A stretch of 52,905 nucleotides of DNA, taken from NCBI GenBank assembly GCA_964622305.1, contig CAZUPR010000003.1:1-52905 (forward strand), written 5' to 3'. Below are positions 9,059 through 18,293 of the stretch, one piece after another. Source of the DNA: an uncultured Eubacteriales bacterium. GTDB lineage: Bacteria; Bacillota; Peptococcia; Peptococcales; SKKY01. The position numbers and the translations under genes are program-made. The notes beneath the pieces are model-generated. The model saw nothing but the letters and a program-made list of their open reading frames with translations, made no database searches and was not told where the DNA came from. Position 1 is the first letter of the stretch. Every line of letters starts with the position of its first letter.

Positions 9059-10219
9059 TTAGTCAACGGACTTTCTCTGCATTTTTTCTTCGTATTTCCT
9101 GTTAATTACCTTTTTTGACACATTGTAAATGACTGCAAAAACAGGAACCCCCAGCAACATCCCCAAAACCCCAAAAAGAGCTCCGCCAACAATTATTGCT
9201 AAAAGAACCCAAAAAGGCTCTATGCCGGTAGAATCACCCAAAATTTTAGGTCCTAAAATCAAACCATCAAATTGTTGTAAAAGGAATATAAAAAGTGTCA
9301 GCCAAAGTGCCATGACCGGATCATAAATCAAGGTGATGGCAACCCCGGGAACAGCACCTATAAAGGGGCCAAAATATGGAATCATATTGGTTATCCCAAC
9401 AATTACGGCAATTACAATTGAATAGGGGTTTTTCATAATTATCAGACCAATAAAACAAAGGATACCAATAATTATCGAATCCAAAGTTTTACCAATAAAG
9501 AAAGATTTAAAGATATGGTTGCTTTCTGACAAGAAAAGGTTGACCCTGTCCAGGTCTTTCTCTGGAGTAAAAACAGCTACTATTTTTCTGCCCCCTGAAA
9601 TAAACCTCTCTTTATCATAAAGAACATATACTGAGATAATAATTCCCATGACAAACTTAAAAACAGTCGAAGTAAAGGAATAGGCCTTGCTTAAAACAAA
9701 AGGCAGAACCTTGGTAATAACTTCTGTATAGTCAGAGAAATCTATTTCATTAAACATAACTAAATCAAGATAAGTGGCTACACCAAGTGCCTCAGCAACA
9801 TTTTCTATTTCTTCCTGGTACTCAGAGTAACCCCTGGCCAGCTGGTTGAGGAGTTTAAGCAAGCTCTGGTAGAACTGAGGCAAGACGATAATCAGAAACC
9901 AAATTAAAACACCGATAAAAACAAGATAGGTTATGAGCAGAGCCAGCATCCTTTTTATTTTGTTTTTATCTGCAAGAGGCTTTATATACTGACTCATCTT
10001 TTTTTCAAGACTTATCATAGGAGAATTTAATAGAAAGGCTATGGAAAAACCAATAATAAAGGGCATAAGTATAGCTGAAGTAGCCCCTAAAAAGGAAAGC
10101 AGAAAATCTGTTATGGCAAAAAGGTCTGTATAAATAAAAAATAAAGTCAGTAAGGCTGCCAAAACAAAAAATGCCTGAAGACTGATGTTGAGATTACCCC
10201 AGTTAAAAAATTTTTTCAT
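9059..10219 (-). CDS. AI-2E family transporter (PerM/UPF0118)
   Basis: 386-aa polytopic membrane protein. The C-terminal block IPYFGPFIGAVPGV ... LGPKILGDSTGIEPFWVLLAIIVGG is typical of the family. Confidence 0.7.
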   Translation of the reverse strand: MKKFFNWGNLNISLQAFFVLAALLTLFFIYTDLFAITDFLLSFLGATSAILMPFIIGFSIAFLLNSPMISLEKKMSQYIKPLADKNKIKRMLALLITYLVFIGVLIWFLIIVLPQFYQSLLKLLNQLARGYSEYQEEIENVAEALGVATYLDLVMFNEIDFSDYTEVITKVLPFVLSKAYSFTSTVFKFVMGIIISVYVLYDKERFISGGRKIVAVFTPEKDLDRVNLFLSESNHIFKSFFIGKTLDSIIIGILCFIGLIIMKNPYSIVIAVIVGITNMIPYFGPFIGAVPGVAITLIYDPVMALWLTLFIFLLQQFDGLILGPKILGDSTGIEPFWVLLAIIVGGALFGVLGMLLGVPVFAVIYNVSKKVINRKYEEKMQRKSVD

Positions 10220-10310
10220 GAATATCTCCTTGTCTTTAGTCTATAGTAATTATTATATACACTATTAGCAGATTTTAAAATATAATACTTATCAAGGGAG
10301 TTGAATCTTT

Positions 10311-10868
10311 ATGAAGATTAAAGAAATAGAAACTGCTATGACAAATATTATCTTAGCTATGGGGGAAGATCCCCAAAGAGAAGGTCTGCTGGAAACCCCG
10401 GCAAGAATAGCAAAAATGTATGAAGAGATTTTTCATGGTATTGGGAAAAATCCAGAAGATTATCTAGAGGTTTTTACTGAAGAAAAACATGAAGAGCTTG
10501 TTTTGATAAAAGATATACCTTTTTATTCTGTTTGCGAGCATCACTTTCTTCCCTTTTACGGGAAAGCCCACGTAGCCTATATTCCTAAAGATGGCAGGAT
10601 TACAGGCTTTAGCAAGCTGGTTCAGGTTATAGATATAATTGCAGCCAGACCACAATTACAAGAAAGAATTGTCAAGGAGGTTGCCGACACTATTATGAAA
10701 GTTTTGCAACCACACGGGGCTGCCATTGTTATTGAAGCTGAGCAAATGTGTATGTCCATGCGGGGAATAAAAAAACCAGGCTCCATAACCGTCACTTCCG
10801 CTATGAGAGGTGCTTTTATGACCAGCCCTGCCCTCCGCCAAGAGTTTCTTTCACTAATCAGAGGTTAA
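10311..10868 (+). CDS. folE: GTP cyclohydrolase I
   Basis: GLLETPARIAKMY, SVCEHHFLPF, ERIVKEVAD motifs; RBS AAGGGAG. Confidence 0.9.
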   Translation: MKIKEIETAMTNIILAMGEDPQREGLLETPARIAKMYEEIFHGIGKNPEDYLEVFTEEKHEELVLIKDIPFYSVCEHHFLPFYGKAHVAYIPKDGRITGFSKLVQVIDIIAARPQLQERIVKEVADTIMKVLQPHGAAIVIEAEQMCMSMRGIKKPGSITVTSAMRGAFMTSPALRQEFLSLIRG

Positions 10869-10872
10869 AATA

Positions 10873-11742
10873 ATGGAAATTATAAAAAGAAAAGAAAAAA
10901 ATGAAATTCTTAATTTAAATGGTCGCCAGCTTATTTTAGATGGTAAGAGTAAGATTATGGGGATTCTCAACTTAACTCCTGACTCTTTTTCTGATGGAGG
11001 AGATTTTTTCGATTCTCAAAAAGCCCTCGAGCAGGCAAAAAAAATGGCGGCTGAAGGTGCCCACCTTTTGGACCTGGGGGCAGAGTCCTCCCGGGCCGGT
11101 CATAAAATTATCAGTCCTGCTGAAGAAATTGAAAGACTGGCACCAGGCCTGCAAATGATTTTAGAAGCTACCACTCTGCCAATCTCTATAGACACATGGA
11201 AACACCAGGTGGCAGACTTTGCCCTAAAGCAGGGTGCCTCAATTATAAATGATATTTACGGCCTGCAAAAAGATCCCAAGCTGGCCCCCTTAGTGGCCGA
11301 GCACCAGGCTGGTCTGATTATAATGCATAATAAAGAAAATAATCATTATGAAGGCAAGATGCTTGATGAGATGAAAGAATATTTCTTAAAAAGCCTTGAT
11401 TTGGCAGATAAAGCTGGTATTGACCCTAAAAAAATCTTTTTGGATCCTGGGATTGGCTTTGGTAAAAACCCTCAGCAAAATATTGAAGTCCTCAGAAATC
11501 TTCACTTTTTCAAAGAACTGGGCTATCCACTTCTTCTGGCTGCTTCCAGAAAATCAGTGATTGGGTCTGTAGTTAATCTGCCAGCTAAAGAAAGGCTGCC
11601 TGGAACTATCAGTACCACCGTGCTGGGAATCATGCAGGGTGTTGAAATCTTCAGAGTTCATGATGTGGCTGCCAACCTTCAGGCTGCACTTTTTACCGAT
11701 AAAATTATGGAAAATGAATCTCCGGGAGGACAAAATGGATAA
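10873..11742 (+). CDS. folP: Dihydropteroate synthase
   Basis: IMGILNLTPDSFSDGG, DLGAESSR, FLDPGIGFGK motifs. Confidence 0.9.
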   Translation: MEIIKRKEKNEILNLNGRQLILDGKSKIMGILNLTPDSFSDGGDFFDSQKALEQAKKMAAEGAHLLDLGAESSRAGHKIISPAEEIERLAPGLQMILEATTLPISIDTWKHQVADFALKQGASIINDIYGLQKDPKLAPLVAEHQAGLIIMHNKENNHYEGKMLDEMKEYFLKSLDLADKAGIDPKKIFLDPGIGFGKNPQQNIEVLRNLHFFKELGYPLLLAASRKSVIGSVVNLPAKERLPGTISTTVLGIMQGVEIFRVHDVAANLQAALFTDKIMENESPGGQNG

Positions 11743-12112
11743 AATTATTCTTAAAGATTTAAGCTTCAAGGGCAGGCATGGCTGCTTCCCGGAAGAAAAA
11801 ATAGAAGAGCAAGCCTTTAGGGTCAATCTGACCCTCTACACTGATTTAGAGGAGGCCATGGCCAAAGACAAACTGGAAGACACCATAAATTATGGCCTTA
11901 TTTTTGAACTTGTTGCCAATCAGGTAGAAAATAAATCCTATAATTTAATTGAAAAGCTTGCTTGCGAAATTCTCAAAGATATCTTTAAACACTCAGAAAA
12001 AATCAGAGAAATTAAAATAAAAGTAATAAAACCCAATCCTCCAGTCCAGGGTGATTACAAATACTTTGCTGTTGAAATGAGGCGGAAAAGAAAATGGCTA
12101 GAGTCTATTTAA
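11735..12112 (+). CDS. folB: Dihydroneopterin aldolase
   Basis: MDKIILKDLSFKGRHGCFPEEK... (125 aa). ATG 11735 is preceded by GGGAGGA and overlaps the folP end by 8 nt. The track start at 11639 lies inside folP. Confidence 0.8.
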   Translation: MDKIILKDLSFKGRHGCFPEEKIEEQAFRVNLTLYTDLEEAMAKDKLEDTINYGLIFELVANQVENKSYNLIEKLACEILKDIFKHSEKIREIKIKVIKPNPPVQGDYKYFAVEMRRKRKWLESI

Positions 12113-12594
12113 GTCTTGGTTCCAACATAGGCGACCGAAAAAAATATCTCACCCATGCTATCAGCCTTCTGGGAGAAAACCCTAAGATTAAATTAGGTAA
12201 AATCTCCTCTATTTACGAAACCATAGCCCAGGGTTTCACTGATCAGGCTGATTTTCTTAATATAGTCCTTGAAGTGGAAACTCAACTCTCCCCTTTGGAG
12301 CTTCTTGAGCTTGGCCAAAAAATTGAGCAAGAACTCGATCGCAAGAAGCTTTTTCACTGGGGGCCAAGAACTATCGATATTGATATTATTAGCTATGACG
12401 ATTTGCAAATGGACAGTGACCGCCTGATTATCCCCCATAAAGAAGCACTTAACCGGGCATTTGTCCTTTTGCCTCTACTTGAAATTACCGGAGATGATTT
12501 TGAACTAAATGGTGTAAAAATAAAAGAGGCCCTGGAAAGGACCCCTCATGATGAAAATATTATTTGGCTTTACCAAGAGACTGTCCCATTTTAA
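12094..12594 (+). CDS. folK: 2-amino-4-hydroxy-6-hydroxymethyldihydropteridine diphosphokinase (HPPK)
   Basis: VYLSLGSNIGDR, WGPRTIDIDII, IPH motifs. Confidence 0.85.
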   Translation: MARVYLSLGSNIGDRKKYLTHAISLLGENPKIKLGKISSIYETIAQGFTDQADFLNIVLEVETQLSPLELLELGQKIEQELDRKKLFHWGPRTIDIDIISYDDLQMDSDRLIIPHKEALNRAFVLLPLLEITGDDFELNGVKIKEALERTPHDENIIWLYQETVPF

Positions 12595-13450
12595 GGAGAG
12601 TCTCTATTCTTTTTTCTGTATATTCTAGAATATCTGGATCTGGAACAAAGGAATCTTTCTTTAAAAAGAGGATGACTGTTGAGCCACCAAACTTAAAATA
12701 TCCCTTTTCCTCTCCCCTTTCTACCCTCGAATCTGGCTTGAAAGTCTGTACTATAGTTCCCACAAAGGTTGCCCCAACCTCCAGGTAGAGAATGCGGCCA
12801 AAATTATCACTCATAAAATCCGTAACTGTTCTTTTGTTTTTTAGATAAATGTTATCAATTCTATCCAAAACACCAGTGTTAACAGAATAATAAGAGCCTT
12901 TTATCTCTCTGGTTTTGCCGGGCAGGCCTGAATCTGGAAAATGAAAGCGATGGTAGTCGGTGGGGTTTAAACGAACCACAATCATAGTTCCACCATTAAA
13001 TTCTGCGATAACTTCCTCAGACCCTACAAGTTGCCCCAAGTTAAAATTCATTCCCTTAACCTGGACAATTTTATCAGTAACAAGATTTTCATGAATAAAA
13101 ACCCTGCCATCAGCCGGAGAGATTAACAGAGACTTATCCTGATTAATTGGCCTGGCTTCAGGTTTTAACTTCCTGTAAAAAAACTCATTAAAGTTTTTGT
13201 AGTCACTTACCTGATCTAAAAACTCATCCTCGGCAATCTTATTTAATTCAATAAAGTCCCTTATTTTCTTCTTGCTGCCTTTTCTGTCCTTTAAAGCTCC
13301 ATAAATTTTACTGGCTAATTTTCTTTTGACAATTCTTTCCAAAACGAAATTGCCACTGTTTTTGTAATAAAGCCAGTGCATATATTTATGGCCAACAATG
13401 TGCTCATTTTCAACCAGCTTTTTTTCCCTGTTATATATCTTTAACTCCAT
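12560..13450 (-). CDS. psd: Phosphatidylserine decarboxylase proenzyme
   Basis: Self-cleavage motif FKFGGSTVILF near the C-terminus; YHRFH motif; 296 aa. Confidence 0.8.
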   Translation of the reverse strand: MELKIYNREKKLVENEHIVGHKYMHWLYYKNSGNFVLERIVKRKLASKIYGALKDRKGSKKKIRDFIELNKIAEDEFLDQVSDYKNFNEFFYRKLKPEARPINQDKSLLISPADGRVFIHENLVTDKIVQVKGMNFNLGQLVGSEEVIAEFNGGTMIVVRLNPTDYHRFHFPDSGLPGKTREIKGSYYSVNTGVLDRIDNIYLKNKRTVTDFMSDNFGRILYLEVGATFVGTIVQTFKPDSRVERGEEKGYFKFGGSTVILFLKKDSFVPDPDILEYTEKRIETLLKMGQSLGKAK

Positions 13451-13454
13451 AAAG

Positions 13455-13796
13455 TTAATCCTGGGAAATTATTCTGATATTGGTTACCTCAAAGGATTCT
13501 GCCAGCAAGGGCAAATAAAATTTTTCAAGGAAACTCTTATGGCGGTAGTTTTTGGTAGTAATAATCATTCTATGGTCAACTTTTTTGATATCAACCAGCT
13601 GGTTAAAGTAATTTTGAAAGACATCCATTTCAACTGCCTTAAAAATCTTATGGAAACCATCAAGAAGTTCTGGTTTTTCTGCCTCTATTCTGTCCAGCAT
13701 TGGAGTAAAAGGCACTGTATAAAGCAAGTCAGGATATTCCATTTCATATTCCTGGCCCTCTTGGTCTGTACCAATAAACTTAGGTCTATCTTCCAT
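13455..13796 (-). CDS. Hypothetical small acidic protein, possibly DnaA-domain-I-like
   Basis: 113 aa with a strong RBS (GAGGGAGGA). The C-terminal half (FQNYFNQLVDIKKVDHRMIITTKNYRHKSFLEKFYLPLLAESF..IRII) resembles the DnaA N-terminal domain pattern. This is judged by eye only. Confidence 0.5.
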   Translation of the reverse strand: MEDRPKFIGTDQEGQEYEMEYPDLLYTVPFTPMLDRIEAEKPELLDGFHKIFKAVEMDVFQNYFNQLVDIKKVDHRMIITTKNYRHKSFLEKFYLPLLAESFEVTNIRIISQD

Positions 13797-13818
13797 CTAA
13801 TCCTCCCTCTTTCTGCTT

Positions 13819-14286
13819 TTATTTAATTTCTCTTAGCAAGTTTACCATTTCAATGGCTGATACTCCAGCCTCAAAACCTTTGTTGCCGCTCTTGGTCCCT
13901 GCTCTCTCTATTGCCTGTTCAATTGATTCTGTGGTAAGAATGCCAAAAATCACCGGCTTGCCTTCTTTCAGGGAAACTTGAGCAACTCCCTTGGATACTT
14001 CTGCGCAAACATAATCAAAATGCGGTGTAGCTCCTCTGATAACTGCTCCCAGGCAGATTACTGCATCATACTGATCCTGGCTGGCCAGCTTTTGAGCTAC
14101 TAAAGGTATTTCGAAGGCACCTGGCACCCAGGCCAGGTCAATATCTTTTTCTTCCAAACCATGTCTAAGAAGAGCATCCATAGCTCCTGAAACTAATTTT
14201 CCTGTTATAAATTCATTAAATCTGCCTGCAACTATTGCAACCTTAATCTTTTCACCAATTAAATTTCCTTCATAAGTTTTTCCCAT
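13819..14286 (-). CDS. ribH: 6,7-dimethyl-8-ribityllumazine synthase
   Basis: 155 aa; [31 protein letters not shown] motifs. Confidence 0.9.
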   Translation of the reverse strand: MGKTYEGNLIGEKIKVAIVAGRFNEFITGKLVSGAMDALLRHGLEEKDIDLAWVPGAFEIPLVAQKLASQDQYDAVICLGAVIRGATPHFDYVCAEVSKGVAQVSLKEGKPVIFGILTTESIEQAIERAGTKSGNKGFEAGVSAIEMVNLLREIK

Positions 14287-15503
14287 TATTTTTCCTCCTT
14301 AAATTCTTCCAGCATGTGGCCTAATCTTTCTTTCTTTGTTTTTAGATAGTATTGATTATTACAATTAGAGTGGATTTCCAAAGGCACCCTCTCTACTATT
14401 TCCAGTCCATAACCTTCAAGCCCTTTTACTTTTCTGGGATTATTGGTCATAAGCTTTAGTTTCTCTATACCCAAGTCCAAAAGCATCTGAGCCCCTATCC
14501 CATAGTCACGCAAATCGGCTGGGAAGCCTAAAAGTTCATTGGCTTCAACCGTATCCTTGCCCTGGTCTTGCAAGGCATAGGCTCTTATCTTGTTTAAAAG
14601 TCCAATTCCCCGTCCTTCTTGGCGCATATAAAGAAGTGCCCCTCTGCCCTCTGCCTCTATCTTTTCTAAGGCTTTTGCCAGTTGATCGCCACAATCGCAA
14701 CGAAGAGAGGAAAGTGCATCCCCAGTCAAACATTCTGAGTGAATCCTTACTAAAACTGGTTCTGGGGTAGAAATATCTCCCTTAACCAAAGCAAAGTGCT
14801 CTTTGCCTGTAAGTTTTTCTGAATAGGCGTGGAGCATAAATTCACCATGTTTTGTTGGCATCCTTACAACTGATTCCTTTTGAACAAGCTTTTCTGTTTT
14901 TCTCCTATATTTTATTAAATCAGCAATAGTGATAATTTTTAAATCAAACTTTTTTGCATAGTCCATTAACTCAGGTACTCTGGCCATATCACCGGAATCA
15001 GAGATAATTTCACAAATAACTGCTGATGGGTACAAGCCAGCCATGACAGCTAAATCGATTGAAGCCTCAGTGTGACCAGTTCTTCTCAAAACCCCGCCAG
15101 GCATGTATCTTAGAGGAAAGATATGGCCCGGTCTTCTTAAATCACCTGGCTTTGTATTCTTATCTATCATTTTTAAAATAGTTTGAGACCTTTCAAAGGC
15201 AGAAATACCTGTCTTAGTTTCTGCCGCATCAACTGAGATTGTAAATGCTGTCCCATGTCTGTCTGTATTGTTATCAACCATGTCGCAGATATCCAGCTCC
15301 TGTAATCTTTGGTCAGTGATAGGCTGACAAACCAGTCCTCTGGCATGAGTAACCATAAAGTTGATGGCCTCAGGAGTCACTTTTTCTGCAGCTATTACCA
15401 GGTCACCTTCATTTTCCCTGTCCTCATCATCAACAACAATTACCATTTTCCCTGCTTTAATGTCTTCAATTGCCTCTGGGATTGTATTAAATTTAAATTC
15501 CAT
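14286..15503 (-). CDS. ribBA: Bifunctional DHBP synthase / GTP cyclohydrolase II
   Basis: N-terminal [14 protein letters not shown] and C-terminal [18 protein letters not shown] motifs. ATG 15503 is preceded by GAGGTG, which overlaps the ribE stop. Confidence 0.9.
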   Translation of the reverse strand: MEFKFNTIPEAIEDIKAGKMVIVVDDEDRENEGDLVIAAEKVTPEAINFMVTHARGLVCQPITDQRLQELDICDMVDNNTDRHGTAFTISVDAAETKTGISAFERSQTILKMIDKNTKPGDLRRPGHIFPLRYMPGGVLRRTGHTEASIDLAVMAGLYPSAVICEIISDSGDMARVPELMDYAKKFDLKIITIADLIKYRRKTEKLVQKESVVRMPTKHGEFMLHAYSEKLTGKEHFALVKGDISTPEPVLVRIHSECLTGDALSSLRCDCGDQLAKALEKIEAEGRGALLYMRQEGRGIGLLNKIRAYALQDQGKDTVEANELLGFPADLRDYGIGAQMLLDLGIEKLKLMTNNPRKVKGLEGYGLEIVERVPLEIHSNCNNQYYLKTKKERLGHMLEEFKEEK

Positions 15504-15511
15504 TTTACACC

Positions 15512-16162
15512 TCATATAAATCCATTTTCTAACAGAAAAGACTCTGTCAGTGCTGGTTTTTCTTTCTCTGTATTTTTTACTTGAAGAAGCCTTTCTATAT
15601 ACCTGGCCAGAATATCTATTTCCAGATTTACTAAATCTTTTTCTCTCTTAAAGCCCAGAGTTGTCATATCAAGGCTGTGGGGAATAAGGGAAATAATAAA
15701 ATAATCGTCCAGGACATCAACCAGGGTAAGGCTGATACCATCAACAGCTACTGATCCCTTTTTAGCCAAATATGGAGCCAACTCTTTGGGGTAGGATATT
15801 TTAAAAACCTGGGCTATACCCTCTTCTTTGACTGAAAGTATCTGCCCTCTGCCATCCACGTGCCCGCTTACAATATGACCTCCAAAACGGCTGTCGGCCC
15901 TGAGAGCCCTCTCCAAGTTTACTCTTTCACCTGCTCTAAGAAGACCCAGGGAACTTTTGTCCAGAGTTTCAGCCATAACTTCTGCTGTCAAATCCTGACT
16001 GCTAAAAGATACTATGGTCAGGCAAACACCATTTACTGCTACTGAATCTCCCAATTTTAAATCCTGAGGAATCAGTTTAGCCGCAATTTTGATTTTTGCT
16101 GATTTATTTTCTTTTTTTATTTCTTTAACCTGCCCCAGCTCTTCAATAATTCCGGTAAACAT
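15512..16162 (-). CDS. ribE: Riboflavin synthase alpha chain
   Basis: [11 protein letters not shown]-terminus; two lumazine-binding repeats ([12 protein letters not shown] / [11 protein letters not shown]). Confidence 0.9.
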   Translation of the reverse strand: MFTGIIEELGQVKEIKKENKSAKIKIAAKLIPQDLKLGDSVAVNGVCLTIVSFSSQDLTAEVMAETLDKSSLGLLRAGERVNLERALRADSRFGGHIVSGHVDGRGQILSVKEEGIAQVFKISYPKELAPYLAKKGSVAVDGISLTLVDVLDDYFIISLIPHSLDMTTLGFKREKDLVNLEIDILARYIERLLQVKNTEKEKPALTESFLLENGFI

Positions 16163-16166
16163 CCAC

Positions 16167-17273
16167 TCACCCCTTTTCAGGGTAAAGAATCATTTTTATG
16201 TCCTTACCCTTCCTTTCCATACTTGCAAGCTCCAGTCTGGCAGCCTCATTTAACTTTGCAAAACCCTGTCCGGCAAAAAAACTCCCGGCATCCCTGCCAC
16301 CAATCAAAAGTGGTGCAAAATAAAGGTAATATTTATCTGGCACTTTCTTACTAATGAAGCTTTCATGAATTCCTGCCCCACCTTCAACCAGAATGCTGTA
16401 TATTTCTTCTCTAAAAGCCAAATCAAGAATGTCTTCTATTTCAATTTTATTTTTGGGGAGAATGACCAGTCTGGCCTTCTCGCCTACTGTCTTAATCTTT
16501 TCTTTGGGAGCAAGCTGGCTGGTGATAACCATGGTTTTTACCTTTGAATCTGGTAAGTTAAGTAATTTTGCTTCCAGGGGAATCCTTAATTTATTATCAA
16601 GAATAATTCTTATGGGATTTCTGCCATCCTTTAAGCGGCAGGTTAAAAGGGGATCATCCGCCAAAACAGTATTGATTCCTACTAAAATCGAGTCATATTC
16701 CAGCCTTAGAATCTGTGCATCCATGCGAGATTCTTCCCCTGTAATCCATTTTGATTCTCCAGTAGATGTTGATATTTTGCCATCTAAACTGGAAGCAGCC
16801 TTTAGGGCAACATAGGGCTTTTTAGTCAAAGTGTTTTTAAAAAAGATACCATTTAAATCCAAACCTTCTTTTTCTAAAAGTCCCTCAATAATTTCAATCC
16901 CCTGGACCTTAAGCCTCTCCATGCCCTGGCCATTAACCAAAGGATTAGGATCTCTGTTACTTATAAATACTCTTTTTATTCCCTTTTCTATAATTGTATC
17001 TACACAGGGTGGGGTTCTCCCATAATGGCAACAGGGTTCCAGGTTAACATATAAGTCTGCCCCTTTAGCCTCTTTGCCAGCCATTTCAATGGCCACAATT
17101 TCTGCATGGTCCTTTCCAGGTCCCATATGCCATCCCTGGCCTAAAATTATTTGATCTTTTACTACAAGAGCACCAACTAATGGATTAGGTGATACAAAGC
17201 CCCTGCCCTTTTTAGCCAAGTTAAAAACTTCCTGCATATATTTTATATCTTTTTCTGTAAAATCTTTTTCCAT
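16167..17273 (-). CDS. ribD: Bifunctional riboflavin deaminase/reductase
   Basis: Deaminase zinc motifs HAEI and LEPCCHYGRTPPC, plus a C-terminal reductase domain. I prefer ATG 17273; the track start at 17372 runs into the FMN riboswitch. Confidence 0.9.
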   Translation of the reverse strand: MEKDFTEKDIKYMQEVFNLAKKGRGFVSPNPLVGALVVKDQIILGQGWHMGPGKDHAEIVAIEMAGKEAKGADLYVNLEPCCHYGRTPPCVDTIIEKGIKRVFISNRDPNPLVNGQGMERLKVQGIEIIEGLLEKEGLDLNGIFFKNTLTKKPYVALKAASSLDGKISTSTGESKWITGEESRMDAQILRLEYDSILVGINTVLADDPLLTCRLKDGRNPIRIILDNKLRIPLEAKLLNLPDSKVKTMVITSQLAPKEKIKTVGEKARLVILPKNKIEIEDILDLAFREEIYSILVEGGAGIHESFISKKVPDKYYLYFAPLLIGGRDAGSFFAGQGFAKLNEAARLELASMERKGKDIKMILYPEKG

Positions 17274-17280
17274 AAAAAAA

Positions 17281-17472
17281 GTCCCCTCTTTCGGGGACAA
17301 GAAAAGTTTATAGCAAAATGAGCTAGCTGCCCATAGAGACAGCTCTAGCCATAGCTTTACTTCTTCTACCATCCAGACTCTACTGTCGGCACTGGAATTT
17401 CACCAGTTCATGCCTTGCGGCTTGCGGGCTTTACCGCCGGTAGGGAATTTCACCCTGCCCCGAAGAAAATTT
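17281..17472 (-). promoter_or_regulatory. FMN riboswitch (RFN element) with terminator
   Basis: The minus strand reads cttcggggcagggtgaaattccctaccggcggtaaagcccgcaagc...ggtgaaattccagtgccgacagtagagtctggatggtagaagaag. This is followed by the hairpin gtccccgaaagaggggac plus T7 (17281-17305). A TATAAT at 17487-17482 lies upstream. Confidence 0.85.
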
Positions 17473-17505
17473 GTTTTTTTAATTATAGCATGTAGTGCCT
17501 CATCT

Positions 17506-18276
17506 TTAAAGGCTTAGAATGTCCCCTGTTTTTAGGGGTTTTGAACCAAAGACTGTATAGAATTCAGCCAAGGCCGGAAATTGATTGCAGTGAGAAGGGT
17601 AAATTTTTCTTACCTTTTTCTCCCGCAAGTATTTTATGGTTTCTGTAGTAATCTCATCATTTCCTAAAAGATGAAAACCACCTATAACCGAATTGATGTC
17701 ATCATTACCAGTAACCTTAATAGCATAGTTAATGGTATTAATTAAACCTGAATGGGCGCAACCAGTAATAATATTAAGAGCTCCATCCTCTTCAATAACT
17801 ATAGCTGAATCATCCGGAACAAAATCTTGATTGCCTTCTTTATCAGTAAAATATCCGGCAACATTTTGCAGCTTGCTCCCCCTGGGAATTCCACCTAGAA
17901 AGGTAATATTTTCCGTAATTTTTTGTGGCCCATCCTTTAAAATCAGGCTGTTGTTTTCTTCGATAAAGTCTCTGCTAAAGGGCAAGCCTATACTTCTGGA
18001 ACCACTAAAACGTTCCATAAAAATTGCGCTGTGAGCATAGATATTTTTACCCTGTAAATACTGCAAGCCTGTCCCATGATCCCAATGACCGTGGCTTAAG
18101 ACCACCTTTTCAATTACATCCAGGTTTTCATCCAGCTTTGCAGCATTTTTTAAAAATAAATCTGAGGCTCCAGCATCAAAGAGGATTTTTTCATCAGACT
18201 CAACAATATAAGACAGTCCCCATTCTGCCCGCAACTTGCCATTGGCTATGTTTTCAACTAAGACAGTAACCTTCAT
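17506..18276 (-). CDS. MBL-fold metallo-hydrolase
   Basis: HxHxDH motif (LSHGHWDHGTG); 256 aa; beta-lactamase superfamily II layout. Confidence 0.7.
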   Translation of the reverse strand: MKVTVLVENIANGKLRAEWGLSYIVESDEKILFDAGASDLFLKNAAKLDENLDVIEKVVLSHGHWDHGTGLQYLQGKNIYAHSAIFMERFSGSRSIGLPFSRDFIEENNSLILKDGPQKITENITFLGGIPRGSKLQNVAGYFTDKEGNQDFVPDDSAIVIEEDGALNIITGCAHSGLINTINYAIKVTGNDDINSVIGGFHLLGNDEITTETIKYLREKKVRKIYPSHCNQFPALAEFYTVFGSKPLKTGDILSL

Positions 18277-18293
18277 CTTTCCTTCCTCCTTTT

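Noticed and set aside
8493-9062. 189-aa + strand ORF inside livJ
   Set aside because: It is antisense to the binding-protein gene. The translation is Ser/Thr/Ala-rich with no motif or RBS.
10220-10310. Possible THF riboswitch upstream of folE
   Set aside because: The spacer is only about 90 nt, AT-rich, and must hold two divergent promoters. There are no conserved THF-aptamer segments.
13398-13826. 142-aa + strand ORF opposite the 113-aa gene
   Set aside because: The translation is low-complexity and Phe/Leu/Ile-rich, with no RBS. The minus-strand ORF has a strong RBS and protein-like composition.
17274-17372. N-terminal extension of ribD in the ORF track (start 17372)
   Set aside because: The extension overlaps the FMN riboswitch and terminator. 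The conserved RibD N-terminus begins at MEKDFTEKDIKYMQ (ATG 17273).
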